From positions 835 to 64,834 of the forward strand of contig JACPKF010000007.1 in assembly GCA_016187125.1 (NCBI GenBank): a stretch of 64,000 nucleotides of DNA. The letters run 5' to 3'. Numbering within the stretch: the stretch's first letter is position 1; each line of letters begins with the position of its first letter. This document shows, in pieces, positions 9,064 through 18,537 of the stretch. The notes under the pieces were generated by a model. That model saw only the letters and a list, made by a program, of their open reading frames with translations. It made no database searches and was not told the DNA's origin. The position numbers and the translations under genes were made by a program. This DNA comes from Candidatus Saccharimonadota bacterium (GTDB lineage Bacteria > Patescibacteriota > Saccharimonadia > Saccharimonadales > UBA10212).

Positions 9064-10881
9064 ATGGATGCGGTGAGCGAAGTAAAATCTAGACTGAATA
9101 TTGAAGACGTGATTTCAGAGTACGTCCAACTGAAGCGAGCCGGGCGAAACTTTAAAGGCTTGAGCCCCTGGACCAATGAAAAAACGCCGAGTTTTATAGT
9201 TAGTCCGGAAAAGCAAATCTGGCATGATTTTTCCTCTAGTCGGGGCGGCGACATGTTTAGCTTTGTTATGGAAATGGAAGGTCTTGATTTTCGCGGTGCG
9301 CTGGAGCATTTAGCCAGGAAAGCCGGAATAGATCTAGAACAATTCCAAAGCTCAACAGCCGGTGCCAATAGCAAGTTTAAGGCTCGGGTTAGTGAAGCTT
9401 TAAGCTTGGCTGCCAAATTTTATCAAAAGCAGCTAACAGTTAATTACGCGGCTCTTTCATATCTGTTGAGTGTTAGAAAATTTAGTAAAAAAACGCTGCT
9501 TGATTGGCAGTTGGGCTATAGTCCTAATACCAGCCGCGGGCTGACCGATTTTTTATCTAAAAAGGGCTTTGAAGCTAGTGAACTGAAAGCCGCTGGACTA
9601 ATTACACAACGCCGCGATGGTAGTAACGCTGATATGTTCCGTGGACGGATAATGATCCCGCTGTGCGACAGCCGCGGCAATGTAATTGGCTTTACAGCCC
9701 GGTTTTTAGAAACCAGCCTTTCGCCAGCTGGCGAAGCCCCCAAATATATTAATACGCCCAGTACCCCGCTTTATGATAAAAGCCGTCATGTATTCGGACT
9801 GCATTTGGCCAAAGAAACTACCCGCAAGGCCGGTTTTGTGGTGGTGGTCGAAGGCAATATGGACGTTATTGCTTCTCATCAAGCCGGCGTGACTAACGTT
9901 GTAGCTACTGCCGGTACAGCCATGACCACGCAGCATCTGCGTGAGCTTAAACGTTTTACAGGTGATATTCGTCTATGTTTTGATTCCGATCAAGCCGGCA
10001 TCACAGCTACCGAGCGGGTTATACCGTTGGCTCAAAAAGTTGGCGTAAACTTAAACATTGTTAGCATAGATTCCAAAGACGGTAAAGACGCTGATGAACT
10101 GGTTCAAAAAGACCCGCAGCTATGGCAAAAAGCTATCAAACAAGCCAAGTATGCGCCGGATTGGTTAATCGAACACTACAAAGATTCTCTGGATCTGTCT
10201 TCGGCGCAGGGCAAGCGGGCTTTTACCGACGCGCTGCTAGTGACTATCAGACGCTTGAGCGACCCGGTAGAGAAAGAACACTACCTAAAAACTATCGCCG
10301 AAGCCACTAACACTAGCCTAGAGGCGATTAAGTCAAAATTGAGTGCCAGTGTTTCAGACGACTCGTTCGTGCCAAGAAGAAAAGTAGCGCCTCAGTCTCA
10401 GATTTTGGATCAAAGCGCCGTAGAATACCAAAGACTGCAGGATCATTTTTTAGCCAATGTGCTTATGCAACCTAAATTACGCGACTTACTGGATAATCTT
10501 AAGCCTGAGTATTTTAGCGAGGGCCCAGCCCGAACCACTTTTAAGTTCCTAGAGAAATATCCTGACTTTAAAGGGTTAAAAAAGGCCGCCTCGCCCGCCA
10601 ATCCGTCCAAGGCGGATCAGGAGAGCAAGGAGTTGCAGGAGATTGCTGATTATGTTAAAATTATATCATTACAGTTTGAGGAGCTCTATCAAGATCTGAG
10701 CCTGGAAGATTTAAGAATTCAGGCAGCTAGTCTCAAGAAACGCTTAATAGAGCGCTACGTAAAAAGCCAAAAGAGGCAAATTTCAGTTGCCATGCAAACA
10801 GAGGTTGATGAAAAGAAGCTGCAGGGGCTTATCCAAAAAGTTGATCAACTTAACAAACTGATCAACCCGCCCAAAAAATGA
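9064..10881 (+). CDS. dnaG: DNA primase
   Basis: EKTPSF, FRGRIMIP, PKYINT, VVEGNMDV, CFDSDQAG; start moved to MDAVSEVK. Confidence 0.97.
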   Translation: MDAVSEVKSRLNIEDVISEYVQLKRAGRNFKGLSPWTNEKTPSFIVSPEKQIWHDFSSSRGGDMFSFVMEMEGLDFRGALEHLARKAGIDLEQFQSSTAGANSKFKARVSEALSLAAKFYQKQLTVNYAALSYLLSVRKFSKKTLLDWQLGYSPNTSRGLTDFLSKKGFEASELKAAGLITQRRDGSNADMFRGRIMIPLCDSRGNVIGFTARFLETSLSPAGEAPKYINTPSTPLYDKSRHVFGLHLAKETTRKAGFVVVVEGNMDVIASHQAGVTNVVATAGTAMTTQHLRELKRFTGDIRLCFDSDQAGITATERVIPLAQKVGVNLNIVSIDSKDGKDADELVQKDPQLWQKAIKQAKYAPDWLIEHYKDSLDLSSAQGKRAFTDALLVTIRRLSDPVEKEHYLKTIAEATNTSLEAIKSKLSASVSDDSFVPRRKVAPQSQILDQSAVEYQRLQDHFLANVLMQPKLRDLLDNLKPEYFSEGPARTTFKFLEKYPDFKGLKKAASPANPSKADQESKELQEIADYVKIISLQFEELYQDLSLEDLRIQAASLKKRLIERYVKSQKRQISVAMQTEVDEKKLQGLIQKVDQLNKLINPPKK

Positions 10882-10918
10882 TAGAAATTTTACCAGTTAG
10901 AGGACATAATTAACAATA

Positions 10919-12088
10919 ATGCTAAAAAAGAAGACTAACGATCAATCGGCTGCCAAGCCCGATAAAGTTAAAAAACCGGGGCGAACTCCAAGAATGAAAT
11001 CGTTCGACCGAGAAATGGAGCAGCTGGTTACTCGGGGCAAAAAAGAGGGCAAGATTGAGCAGCGCGATGTTTTTGAACTAATTCCAGACACTCCGGCCAA
11101 CCTTGAAGTTTTGGACCAGCTGTATAACGAGCTGGCGGAAGCCGAAATTGAACTTATAGAAGTTGTTGAACCCAGCGTTACCGAGATTAGTGATGAGTGG
11201 GAAGAAGACGAGCCGGCAGCTGTAGTAGCACCGGTCAATACCACTTATCTAGACGATGTTTCAGACGACTCGGTCCGGCTTTATCTGCGTGAAATCGGCA
11301 AAATTCCGCTTCTGACAGCCGAAGAGGAATTAGCCCTGGCCAAAAAAGTTGTTACCGGCGACAAGCGCGCCAAAGACGCCATGGCCGAGGCTAATATGCG
11401 CCTGGTGGTTTCGATTGCTAAACGCTACGTTGGCCGAGGACTGGATCTACTGGATCTTATTCAAGAGGGCAATACTGGTCTATTGCGGGCCGTCGAAAAA
11501 TTTGATCCGGACCGGGGCTTCAAGTTCAGTACTTATGCCACTTGGTGGATTCGCCAGGCTATAACTCGGGCCATTGCCGATCAAGCCCGCACCATCAGAA
11601 TTCCAGTGCACATGGTCGAGACCATTAACAAGCTGCTACGGACTCAGCGCCGCTTGACCCAAGAGCTCAACCGCGAGCCAACCAACGAAGAAATCGGCGC
11701 CGCTATGGAAATGGACGTTGATAAAGTTGAGCACATTATGAAAATCAAGCAGGATATTTCCAGTCTTGATGCCAGCGTCCGCGACGACGAAGAAGACAGC
11801 GTGCTGGGCGATTTTATAGAGGATGAAGACACTAAAACGCCTACCGAGTCAGCCTCCGAACAGTTGCTCAAAGAACAAGTTAAAAGGATTTTAGGCACAC
11901 TGACCGAGCGCGAGCAAAAAATCCTCAAGCTTCGCTTTGGACTGGAAGACGGCAAAAGCCACACGCTGGAAGAAGTTGGCCAGGAATTTAGCGTTACTCG
12001 CGAGCGCATCCGTCAAATCGAGGCTAAAGCTCTGGCCAAGTTAAGAAAACATAAGGACACTAGAAAGCTTCATGAATATCTTCAATAG
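10919..12088 (+). CDS. rpoD: RNA polymerase primary sigma factor
   Basis: [42 protein letters not shown]. Confidence 0.98.
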   Translation: MLKKKTNDQSAAKPDKVKKPGRTPRMKSFDREMEQLVTRGKKEGKIEQRDVFELIPDTPANLEVLDQLYNELAEAEIELIEVVEPSVTEISDEWEEDEPAAVVAPVNTTYLDDVSDDSVRLYLREIGKIPLLTAEEELALAKKVVTGDKRAKDAMAEANMRLVVSIAKRYVGRGLDLLDLIQEGNTGLLRAVEKFDPDRGFKFSTYATWWIRQAITRAIADQARTIRIPVHMVETINKLLRTQRRLTQELNREPTNEEIGAAMEMDVDKVEHIMKIKQDISSLDASVRDDEEDSVLGDFIEDEDTKTPTESASEQLLKEQVKRILGTLTEREQKILKLRFGLEDGKSHTLEEVGQEFSVTRERIRQIEAKALAKLRKHKDTRKLHEYLQ

Positions 12089-12100
12089 TCATAGCACAAA

Positions 12101-12172
12101 CCCCGCATATTTTCATGGCGTTTCGCAATCCGCCGCAGGCGGACTGCTCCACCCAGAAAATTGGCGGGGCAG
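12101..12172. repeat. family B hairpin element
   Basis: ccccgc..gcaatccgccgcaggcggactgctccaccc..gcggggcag; homolog at 14732-14806. Confidence 0.85.
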
Positions 12173-12173
12173 G

Positions 12174-12206
12174 GACACCCGCAAGTTGCATGAGTATTTG
12201 CAGTAG
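12174..12206 (+). repeat. synonymously recoded second copy of the rpoD C-terminus ([10 protein letters not shown])
   Basis: gacacccgcaagttgcatgagtatttgcagtag vs gacactagaaagcttcatgaatatcttcaatag at 12056-12088. Confidence 0.9.
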
Positions 12207-12776
12207 ATGAGAATTATTGGACTTGCCGGCACCAACGGTTCAGGGAAGGATAGTTTGGGCCAGATTTTGGCTGATGGTTATGGTTACATGTTTGTGTCGG
12301 TAGCTGATTTTTTAAGGGACGAGGCTAAAAAACGCGGCTTGCCGATTGAAAGGGAAGTTTTGCGGACAATCAGCGCCGAGTGGCGCCGTGAGTACGGACT
12401 GGGGGTTTTAGTTGATAGGGCAGTAGAATTATTCCAAAAATCCGGCAAGAACTATAAAGGTTTGGCAATCAGCCCGATGCGTAACGGCGGCGAGGCCGAC
12501 AGATTAAAAGAGCTAGGCGGCAGATTAGTTTGGATAGACGCTGATCCTAAAATTCGTTACGGGCGAATAACCAATCGTGCCCGTAGCACCGAAGATAAGA
12601 AAACTTATGAGCAATTTTTAGCCGAGGAACAAGCCGAAATGCAGCCCAGCGGCGACGAGGCCACCTTGAGCTTGAGCGATGTTAAAAAACGAGCCGACAT
12701 TTTTATTCAAAATGATGTTGAATCTTTGGAAGATTTCCGCCAAATCATCGACCAAAAATTAGCTCAACTTTTGTAA
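12207..12776 (+). CDS. P-loop nucleotide kinase (CoaE/NMP-kinase-like)
   Basis: IIGLAGTNGSGKD Walker A; IDADPKIRY.R; ADIFI.N. Confidence 0.8.
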   Translation: MRIIGLAGTNGSGKDSLGQILADGYGYMFVSVADFLRDEAKKRGLPIEREVLRTISAEWRREYGLGVLVDRAVELFQKSGKNYKGLAISPMRNGGEADRLKELGGRLVWIDADPKIRYGRITNRARSTEDKKTYEQFLAEEQAEMQPSGDEATLSLSDVKKRADIFIQNDVESLEDFRQIIDQKLAQLL

Positions 12777-12778
12777 TT

Positions 12779-12830
12779 AACAGATCAAATTATAGGAATA
12801 AATTCAGCGATCGCTGAATTTATTCCTATG
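12779..12830. repeat. family A palindrome (ttcagcgatcgctgaa core)
   Basis: ataggaataaattcagcgatcgctgaatttattcctat; homologs at 1544, 32169 and 41633. Confidence 0.85.
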
Positions 12831-12874
12831 CAGCCTATTGACGCAAGGCGGGAAAATGCTGTATAAACTGACGC

Positions 12875-12949
12875 ATGAGTTATTTACTCAGTCAGAATCA
12901 ATTGTTTTTTAGCTCCTCACGCGGGGGCTTAGCTTCATTTTGTAAGTAA
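12875..12949 (+). CDS. putative Phe-sensing leader peptide MSYLLSQNQLFFSSSRGGLASFCK
   Basis: short ORF with tandem TTT TTT codons, just downstream of a ttgacg/tataaa promoter-like sequence and upstream of pheA. Confidence 0.65.
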   Translation: MSYLLSQNQLFFSSSRGGLASFCK

Positions 12950-12996
12950 ACATAACTAAATAAAGTCAATCACAAGCCCCCAACAGGGGCTTTTTT
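12923..12996 (+). promoter_or_regulatory. transcription attenuator (antiterminator/terminator)
   Basis: terminator aagcccc-caaca-ggggctttttt (12974-12996); gggggctt (12923-12930) is an alternative partner for aagccccc. Confidence 0.7.
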
Positions 12997-13091
12997 AATA
13001 TTTAAATTTAACCCGCCATCCGCCTGAGGTGGATTGCGGGCTTGGCCGCACAAACTTCCAAAGAAGTTTAGGTGGCCGAAGGGAGAAAGAA

Positions 13092-13979
13092 ATGATCGAA
13101 ACTTACCAAAATATTCCGGTATATCACGTTGGCTCCAACGGCTCATATAGTCAAATCAATGCTGAGCGCTTGTTTGCCACAACCAGAGGAATTGAGTTTG
13201 TCCCCCAGCGAACATTTGATGATATTGCCGATGCTTTGGCAGAGAACTCTCGAGCATTGGCAGTGCTTCCCATTGAAAATAATAGCTCTGGCCGTGTGCA
13301 CGAAGTATCGGATATTTTGTTCGAAAGAAGACTAATCGTAGTCGGTGCTAATTGGCTAAGGATTCCTATGCACCTAATAGGTGTAGAAGGTGCTTCGGAA
13401 GAAACTGCGCAGATTGTGGTGTCGCAAAACCAAGCTTTAAAACAATCCAAAATATATATAGATAGTATGGATTTGAAAAGAAAACGCTATGACAGTACTT
13501 CTGAAGCAGCTCAATTTGTCGCCGCGGAAAACGATCCGCGGGTTGTTTGTCTGGGTGGTTTAACATTGGCAAGAGAAGCAGGGCTGCAAGTCATAAGAGA
13601 GCATGTTGCAAATAAAGGCGAAAATAATAAGACTAAATTCTATGTTGTCCGTGGTCGGCAAGGTGATGAAGTTCCGGAAATTCCCAAACCGAATGGTGAC
13701 GATTTAATGGTAACAATGGTGGTCGGCTTGAAAGACCGCAAAGGCTCACTCGGCCACTTCTTAGTCGAACTAGAAGATTCTGACTTACGAACAACTGTAT
13801 CTAACCCAGACCCGGAAGACGATGGCAGCCATCCGGACGAAGGCGACCACCTGTTCTGGATAGATTTTCAGGCAGCAAGTTTGGACGTTAGAAGATTATT
13901 AGAAATAGCAAGAAATAGATCACACACATTTGATTTGTTAGGTGTATATAAGTTGGGCGAAGATCAATTTGCTGAATAG
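13092..13979 (+). CDS. pheA: prephenate dehydratase (divergent, with ACT-like domain)
   Basis: G..GSYS, AVLPIENNSSG.V, SQ.QAL.QS, STSEAA, N.TKF, LGVY. Confidence 0.82.
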   Translation: MIETYQNIPVYHVGSNGSYSQINAERLFATTRGIEFVPQRTFDDIADALAENSRALAVLPIENNSSGRVHEVSDILFERRLIVVGANWLRIPMHLIGVEGASEETAQIVVSQNQALKQSKIYIDSMDLKRKRYDSTSEAAQFVAAENDPRVVCLGGLTLAREAGLQVIREHVANKGENNKTKFYVVRGRQGDEVPEIPKPNGDDLMVTMVVGLKDRKGSLGHFLVELEDSDLRTTVSNPDPEDDGSHPDEGDHLFWIDFQAASLDVRRLLEIARNRSHTFDLLGVYKLGEDQFAE

Positions 13980-13989
13980 AGCATCTCCT

Positions 13990-14040
13990 TATGATGTACT
14001 TGGTATCTACAAACCCAGACAAACCTACCCCAGCGAGTAA
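13990..14040 (+). pseudogene. alternative pheA C-terminus remnant (YDVLGIYKPRQTYPSE*)
   Basis: colinear with FDLLGVYKLGEDQFAE* at 13929-13979, same length to the stop. Confidence 0.7.
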
Positions 14041-14068
14041 GAGCAGTTTTTTACGACCTACATAAACC

Positions 14069-14096
14069 ATTCTAATATTCTTAAGAATAATAGAAT
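14069..14096. repeat. family H 28-bp palindrome (solo copy)
   Basis: attctaatattcttaagaataatagaat. Confidence 0.85.
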
Positions 14097-14152
14097 AGGA
14101 ATAATTAAAGCATAAGTAGTCGCCGAGAAAACCCTGGGTTTATAATTGAAAT

Positions 14153-14692
14153 ATGTCAGAGGATTACACAGGCCCACTTCAGGTAGAAGAAATTCCTTTT
14201 AACCCTTTAAACAAAACGGGTTGGGAAAAAGAAGACGGACAAATAAATGAAGTTGTGATACGAGGAGAGCGAAAGCCAGTTCATCCAACAAATAACCTTC
14301 GAATGATTTTCGGTTTCCATAAAAGGCTAATTAGTGGCGATCGTACCGATCCTTTTATGCAGGTATACAAAGGTGTATTTCAAACAAATAGGCTAGGTGA
14401 AATTTTGGAACACTTTGGTAAAAAGTTTCCTCTTCTATATGCAAGAATGAGTGAGATTAGCGAGCAACATTATCAGAACGCGCAAGATCGGAATAATGCA
14501 TTAGTGAAGCTTGGGCCCAACTCCCCAGAATATGAGACTTTTGTCAAAAAACAAGGGCGCACTGTCGAAGAAGCGGTTGAGCAAGATTACATTTTTTCCA
14601 TGGGCTATGATGGTTTAGCCGAGTCAGCGGTTGAACTTGATCCCGAATATCCAGTAGAAAATCTTCGGGTGCTCACCGGCTATAACGGCTAA
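14153..14692 (+). CDS. hypothetical protein
   Basis: 179-aa ORF with tataat 6 nt upstream. Confidence 0.65.
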   Translation: MSEDYTGPLQVEEIPFNPLNKTGWEKEDGQINEVVIRGERKPVHPTNNLRMIFGFHKRLISGDRTDPFMQVYKGVFQTNRLGEILEHFGKKFPLLYARMSEISEQHYQNAQDRNNALVKLGPNSPEYETFVKKQGRTVEEAVEQDYIFSMGYDGLAESAVELDPEYPVENLRVLTGYNG

Positions 14693-14731
14693 AATACCTA
14701 CCTACTATCTGTCTGGCGTATAATTTTAAGT

Positions 14732-14927
14732 AACCCGCAGATCTTTTTGGGGAGTTGCGCAATCCGCCGAAGGCGGACTGCTCCACCCTGAAAAGGTATG
14801 GGGCAAGTGGCAGAGACTTATGAGTGAAAGAAAGAAATTAGCGATTATAGACCCCAGCACCAAAATCTTGAAATTCTGCAATAGGGATATTCTCCCTCTT
14901 CTGCATTCAGGATTTGGTGCGGGGCAG
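14732..14927. repeat. family B element, duplicated polA N-terminus (14820-14852) and cccagcacc..ggtgcgggg element (14853-14927)
   Basis: direct comparison with 12101-12172, 14953-14982 and 24539-24611. Confidence 0.85.
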
Positions 14928-14952
14928 GTCGCGGCTATAGAAAGTTGGCGAA

Positions 14953-17643
14953 GTGAGCCGTAAGAAATTGGCTATCATAGACGGAAAGAGCGTTTTCTAT
15001 AGAGGGTACTACGCCTTGCCGAATTTAAGTACCAAAGACGGAATTCCGACTGGTGGAGTTTATGGTTTCGCGTCTATGAGCCTGGAGCTTATTAAAAAAC
15101 TCAAACCGGATTATGTGGCCGTAGCTTGGGATAAACCCAAAACCAACATTAGAGCCCGGCTAAAAATGTATCCGGAGTATAAGGCCGGCCGCAAACCGGC
15201 GCCGCCGGATTTTTACACCCAAATCCCGATTTTGCATGAACTGCTAGAAGCCTTCGGTTGGCCACTGTATGAACTGGACGACTATGAAGCCGACGATATT
15301 ATGGGCACCTTGGCAGTCCAGGCCCGTAAAAAAAATATCGAAACCCAGCTTATAACCTCCGATCTTGACGCCCTGCAGCTGATCAACGGTCACGTCAAGG
15401 TCTATGCCCTAAAAAAAGGCTTCTCTAATATCGAAGAGTTTCATACCGAGAGTTTTGAAGCCAAATACGGCCTCAAAGCCGAGCAATTTTTGGATCTAAA
15501 ATCTCTAAAAGGTGACAGCTCCGATAATATTCCCGGCGTACCAGGCGTGGGTGAAAAAACAGCTATTGCTCTGCTTCAACAATACAAAACCCTGGACGGA
15601 GTTTACAAAAACTTGGAGTTAGTTAAAGACAGCCTACGCAAAAAACTTGAGGACGGCAAAGACTTAGCCTATTTGAGCAAGCAACTAGCTAAACTTTGGA
15701 CTAATGCGCCGCTTAAATTGAACCTGGAGGCGATGGACACCAGTAAATGTGATACCGACCGTCTGCGGAGTTTGCTGCAGGAACTGGAATTTCGCAGTTT
15801 GCTGAACAACTTGCCGGAGAATATGCGGGTTACACCCGCAGTAACAAGTAATATGCCCCAAGCAAAAAGCGGAGATAAATTAAAGCTCCAGGAACATAAA
15901 TTAATTGATTCAGACGCTAAACTGGCTGAAATCAAGTTGGCTGGCGATAAGATTTTTATTCATTCTCGAGCTGCCGGCCGGCACGGTGCCGACCCGCAGG
16001 TTTTGATTATCGGCACCGACAAAATTTCTTACACGCTTGATTTAACCAAGCTGGACCATAAAAAGGTCCAGCAAGCTATCAGCCATCAGCTAAAGGTTAG
16101 TAGTTCGGTGGTTGGCTATGACTTGAAATCTGATATTAAAGTTTTAAAAAACCTTGGTATCCAACCGCCGCCTGTGGCTCATGACGTCCTGGTAGCGGCC
16201 TTTTTGCTAAATCCCTTAATGCGAGTTCAAACTTTGACCGAACTGGCCACGGTAAATTTGGGCTACGGCGGCACGAGCTTAGAAGATTTGCCAACTGAAG
16301 ATTTTATAGAACGCTCCGCCGAGCTTATGGCAATTCTCATTAAGCTTTACCACGTCCAGCAACACGAATTTGGCGAGGCGCCAACGCTCGAGCGCTTAGC
16401 TAAACAAATCGAATGGCCGCTTATTCCGGTGTTAGCCGATATGGAATACCGCGGTATTAAACTCGACGTTAAGTATCTGAAAAATTTTTCCAAAAAAATA
16501 GAAGATTCGATTAGCGATCTGGAGCAAACCATTTATGGCCACGCCGACTACGAGTTTAATATCAGCTCGCCGGCCCAGCTAGCAGACGTACTATTTACCA
16601 AACTCAATCTTCCCAAGCAGGGAATTAAAAAAGGCAAAACCGGCTTGTCAACGGCGGCCAGCGAGCTGGAAAAATTGCGCGGCCTGCATCCGATTATTGA
16701 TTTAATTAGCCAGTACCGCGAAGTAACTAAGCTCAAAAATACCTACGTTGACGCCTTGCCGGCCTTAGTGGACGCCAGTAGCCGCATTCACACTACTTTT
16801 AATCTGACAGTTGCTCAAACCGGCCGGCTATCGAGTGCCGATCCGAATTTGCAAAATATTCCGGTCCGCACCGAGCTGGGTAAAAATATCCGCACCGCTT
16901 TTATAGCGGAGCGCGGCAATGTTTTTGTCAGTGCCGATTACAGCCAGTTCGAAATAAGGCTAGCGGCCGCCTTTTCGGGCGACCAAGATATGATTGACGC
17001 TTTTAACCAAGATATGGACATTCATGCCGAAACCGCCGCGCTGGTGTTGGGTATCCCGGTTGATAAGGTAACTAGCGAACAGCGTTATGCGGCTAAAGCC
17101 GTCAATTTTGGCATCATGTACGGCCAAGGCCCGCATGGTCTGAGTGTTGGTACGGGTATGGATTACACAGCGGCCCGGGAATTTATTGCCAGATATTTTG
17201 AAGTGCGGCCCAAACTCAAAGAATATATAGATTCGATTCGTAGGGAAGCCGAAGAGCAGGGCTTTGTAGAGACAATCCTAGGCCGCCGCCGGCCAACTCC
17301 GGACGTTAAATCTTCTAACTTCGCGGTCCGCGAGGCTGCTTATCGGGCGGCAATAAACATGCCATTGCAAGGCAGTGCCGCCGATCTCATGAAAATGGCG
17401 ATGGTAGCGGTGAACAAAGAATTTGAGAGCCGCTACCATCGCCATCCTGAGCGGAGCGATAGCAGAGTCGAGGGATGGCCTCGAATGTTACTTCAGATCC
17501 ATGACTCTATACTTGTTGAAACCCCTGAGTCGTTAACTAAACAAGTGGGCGATTTGCTTAAGGACACCATGGAAAACATCCACAAACTACCCGTGAAGTT
17601 GGCAGTAGATATTTCTGTAGGTAAAAATTGGGGCGAACTCTAG
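14953..17643 (+). CDS. polA: DNA polymerase I
   Basis: 5' nuclease (IIDG, EADD, GDSSDNIPGVPGVG); polymerase motifs DYSQFE.R, KAVNFG..YG, QIHD. Confidence 0.98.
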   Translation: MSRKKLAIIDGKSVFYRGYYALPNLSTKDGIPTGGVYGFASMSLELIKKLKPDYVAVAWDKPKTNIRARLKMYPEYKAGRKPAPPDFYTQIPILHELLEAFGWPLYELDDYEADDIMGTLAVQARKKNIETQLITSDLDALQLINGHVKVYALKKGFSNIEEFHTESFEAKYGLKAEQFLDLKSLKGDSSDNIPGVPGVGEKTAIALLQQYKTLDGVYKNLELVKDSLRKKLEDGKDLAYLSKQLAKLWTNAPLKLNLEAMDTSKCDTDRLRSLLQELEFRSLLNNLPENMRVTPAVTSNMPQAKSGDKLKLQEHKLIDSDAKLAEIKLAGDKIFIHSRAAGRHGADPQVLIIGTDKISYTLDLTKLDHKKVQQAISHQLKVSSSVVGYDLKSDIKVLKNLGIQPPPVAHDVLVAAFLLNPLMRVQTLTELATVNLGYGGTSLEDLPTEDFIERSAELMAILIKLYHVQQHEFGEAPTLERLAKQIEWPLIPVLADMEYRGIKLDVKYLKNFSKKIEDSISDLEQTIYGHADYEFNISSPAQLADVLFTKLNLPKQGIKKGKTGLSTAASELEKLRGLHPIIDLISQYREVTKLKNTYVDALPALVDASSRIHTTFNLTVAQTGRLSSADPNLQNIPVRTELGKNIRTAFIAERGNVFVSADYSQFEIRLAAAFSGDQDMIDAFNQDMDIHAETAALVLGIPVDKVTSEQRYAAKAVNFGIMYGQGPHGLSVGTGMDYTAAREFIARYFEVRPKLKEYIDSIRREAEEQGFVETILGRRRPTPDVKSSNFAVREAAYRAAINMPLQGSAADLMKMAMVAVNKEFESRYHRHPERSDSRVEGWPRMLLQIHDSILVETPESLTKQVGDLLKDTMENIHKLPVKLAVDISVGKNWGEL

Positions 17644-17646
17644 CTT

Positions 17647-18285
17647 ATGAATAACTCGATTCCTGATCAAAGAGATTTTTGGAATAGAAGACACGGTAAT
17701 GAGCTAGAGGAAGACAGAGACGTTAATCCATTCGCTATCCTTGCTGAGCAAAGTTTTCAACCGCATTCTAAAGTTTTAGATTTGGGCTGTGGAAGGGCAA
17801 GCGATGCGGTTTATTTTGCGAGTAAAGGCCACAGTGTTTTAGCAACTGACTTTTCAGAGACAGTAATCGATCATAACAAAAAAACTTTGAGTAATTCTGG
17901 AGTTGATTTTCAAGTTTTTGATTTACGCCAGTCGCTTCCAGCAGGATCGGAAAGCTTCGACGCCGTTTATTCTAGCCTATCTCTTCATTACTTTGGCGAT
18001 AAAATTACCAAAGGAATCTTTAGTGAGATTCACCGAGTACTCAAGACTGGCGCGACTTTTGCTTTTAGTTGCAAGTCTGTCAACGATCAGCACTACGGCG
18101 AAGGAAGCGAAATAGAAAAGAATGTTTTCATATCCCCTAAAGGCTACCTTAGACATTTCTTTTCTGAGAGTTATGTAAAAGAACTTTTAGCTGATGGCTT
18201 CGAAATTGATCTGCTTGAAGAAGTGCAAGAGGATTATGTGGGAGAGGATTCACATATTATCCACTGTATTGCCCGGAAGTTATAA
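17647..18285 (+). CDS. class I SAM-dependent methyltransferase
   Basis: VLDLGCG, D.S, FDAVYS..SLHY, RVLK.G. Confidence 0.9.
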   Translation: MNNSIPDQRDFWNRRHGNELEEDRDVNPFAILAEQSFQPHSKVLDLGCGRASDAVYFASKGHSVLATDFSETVIDHNKKTLSNSGVDFQVFDLRQSLPAGSESFDAVYSSLSLHYFGDKITKGIFSEIHRVLKTGATFAFSCKSVNDQHYGEGSEIEKNVFISPKGYLRHFFSESYVKELLADGFEIDLLEEVQEDYVGEDSHIIHCIARKL

Positions 18286-18288
18286 ATT

Positions 18289-18339
18289 GTAAAACTCAAA
18301 GTCGATATCTCCACCGGCAAAAACTGGGGCGAACTATAA
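18289..18339 (+). repeat. recoded second copy of the polA C-terminus (VKLKVDISTGKNWGEL*)
   Basis: 14/16 aa identical to 17593-17643. Confidence 0.9.
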
Positions 18340-18344
18340 ATATC

Positions 18345-18537
18345 TTCCATTTTGTTTCGGCAAAACGGAAGCCAAAAACCGACGGACATTCGAAAACACT
18401 ATCGAATTTACTAACGCTGTCTGCCGCGCCAAAACAACGCAAGCGGTCCCTCACTTTCTAGGGCAGAGGTTCGGGATTGAGTTTCGGCTGGACTCGCCAG
18501 CCAGCTACCAAATTCATCGGTTTTCTCGAGTCCGGAG
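18345..18537. repeat. family C structured element
   Basis: ctgccgcgccaaaacaacgcaagcggtc..gtttcggctggactcgccagcc..aaattcatc shared with 29751-29915 and 1802-2010. Confidence 0.8.
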
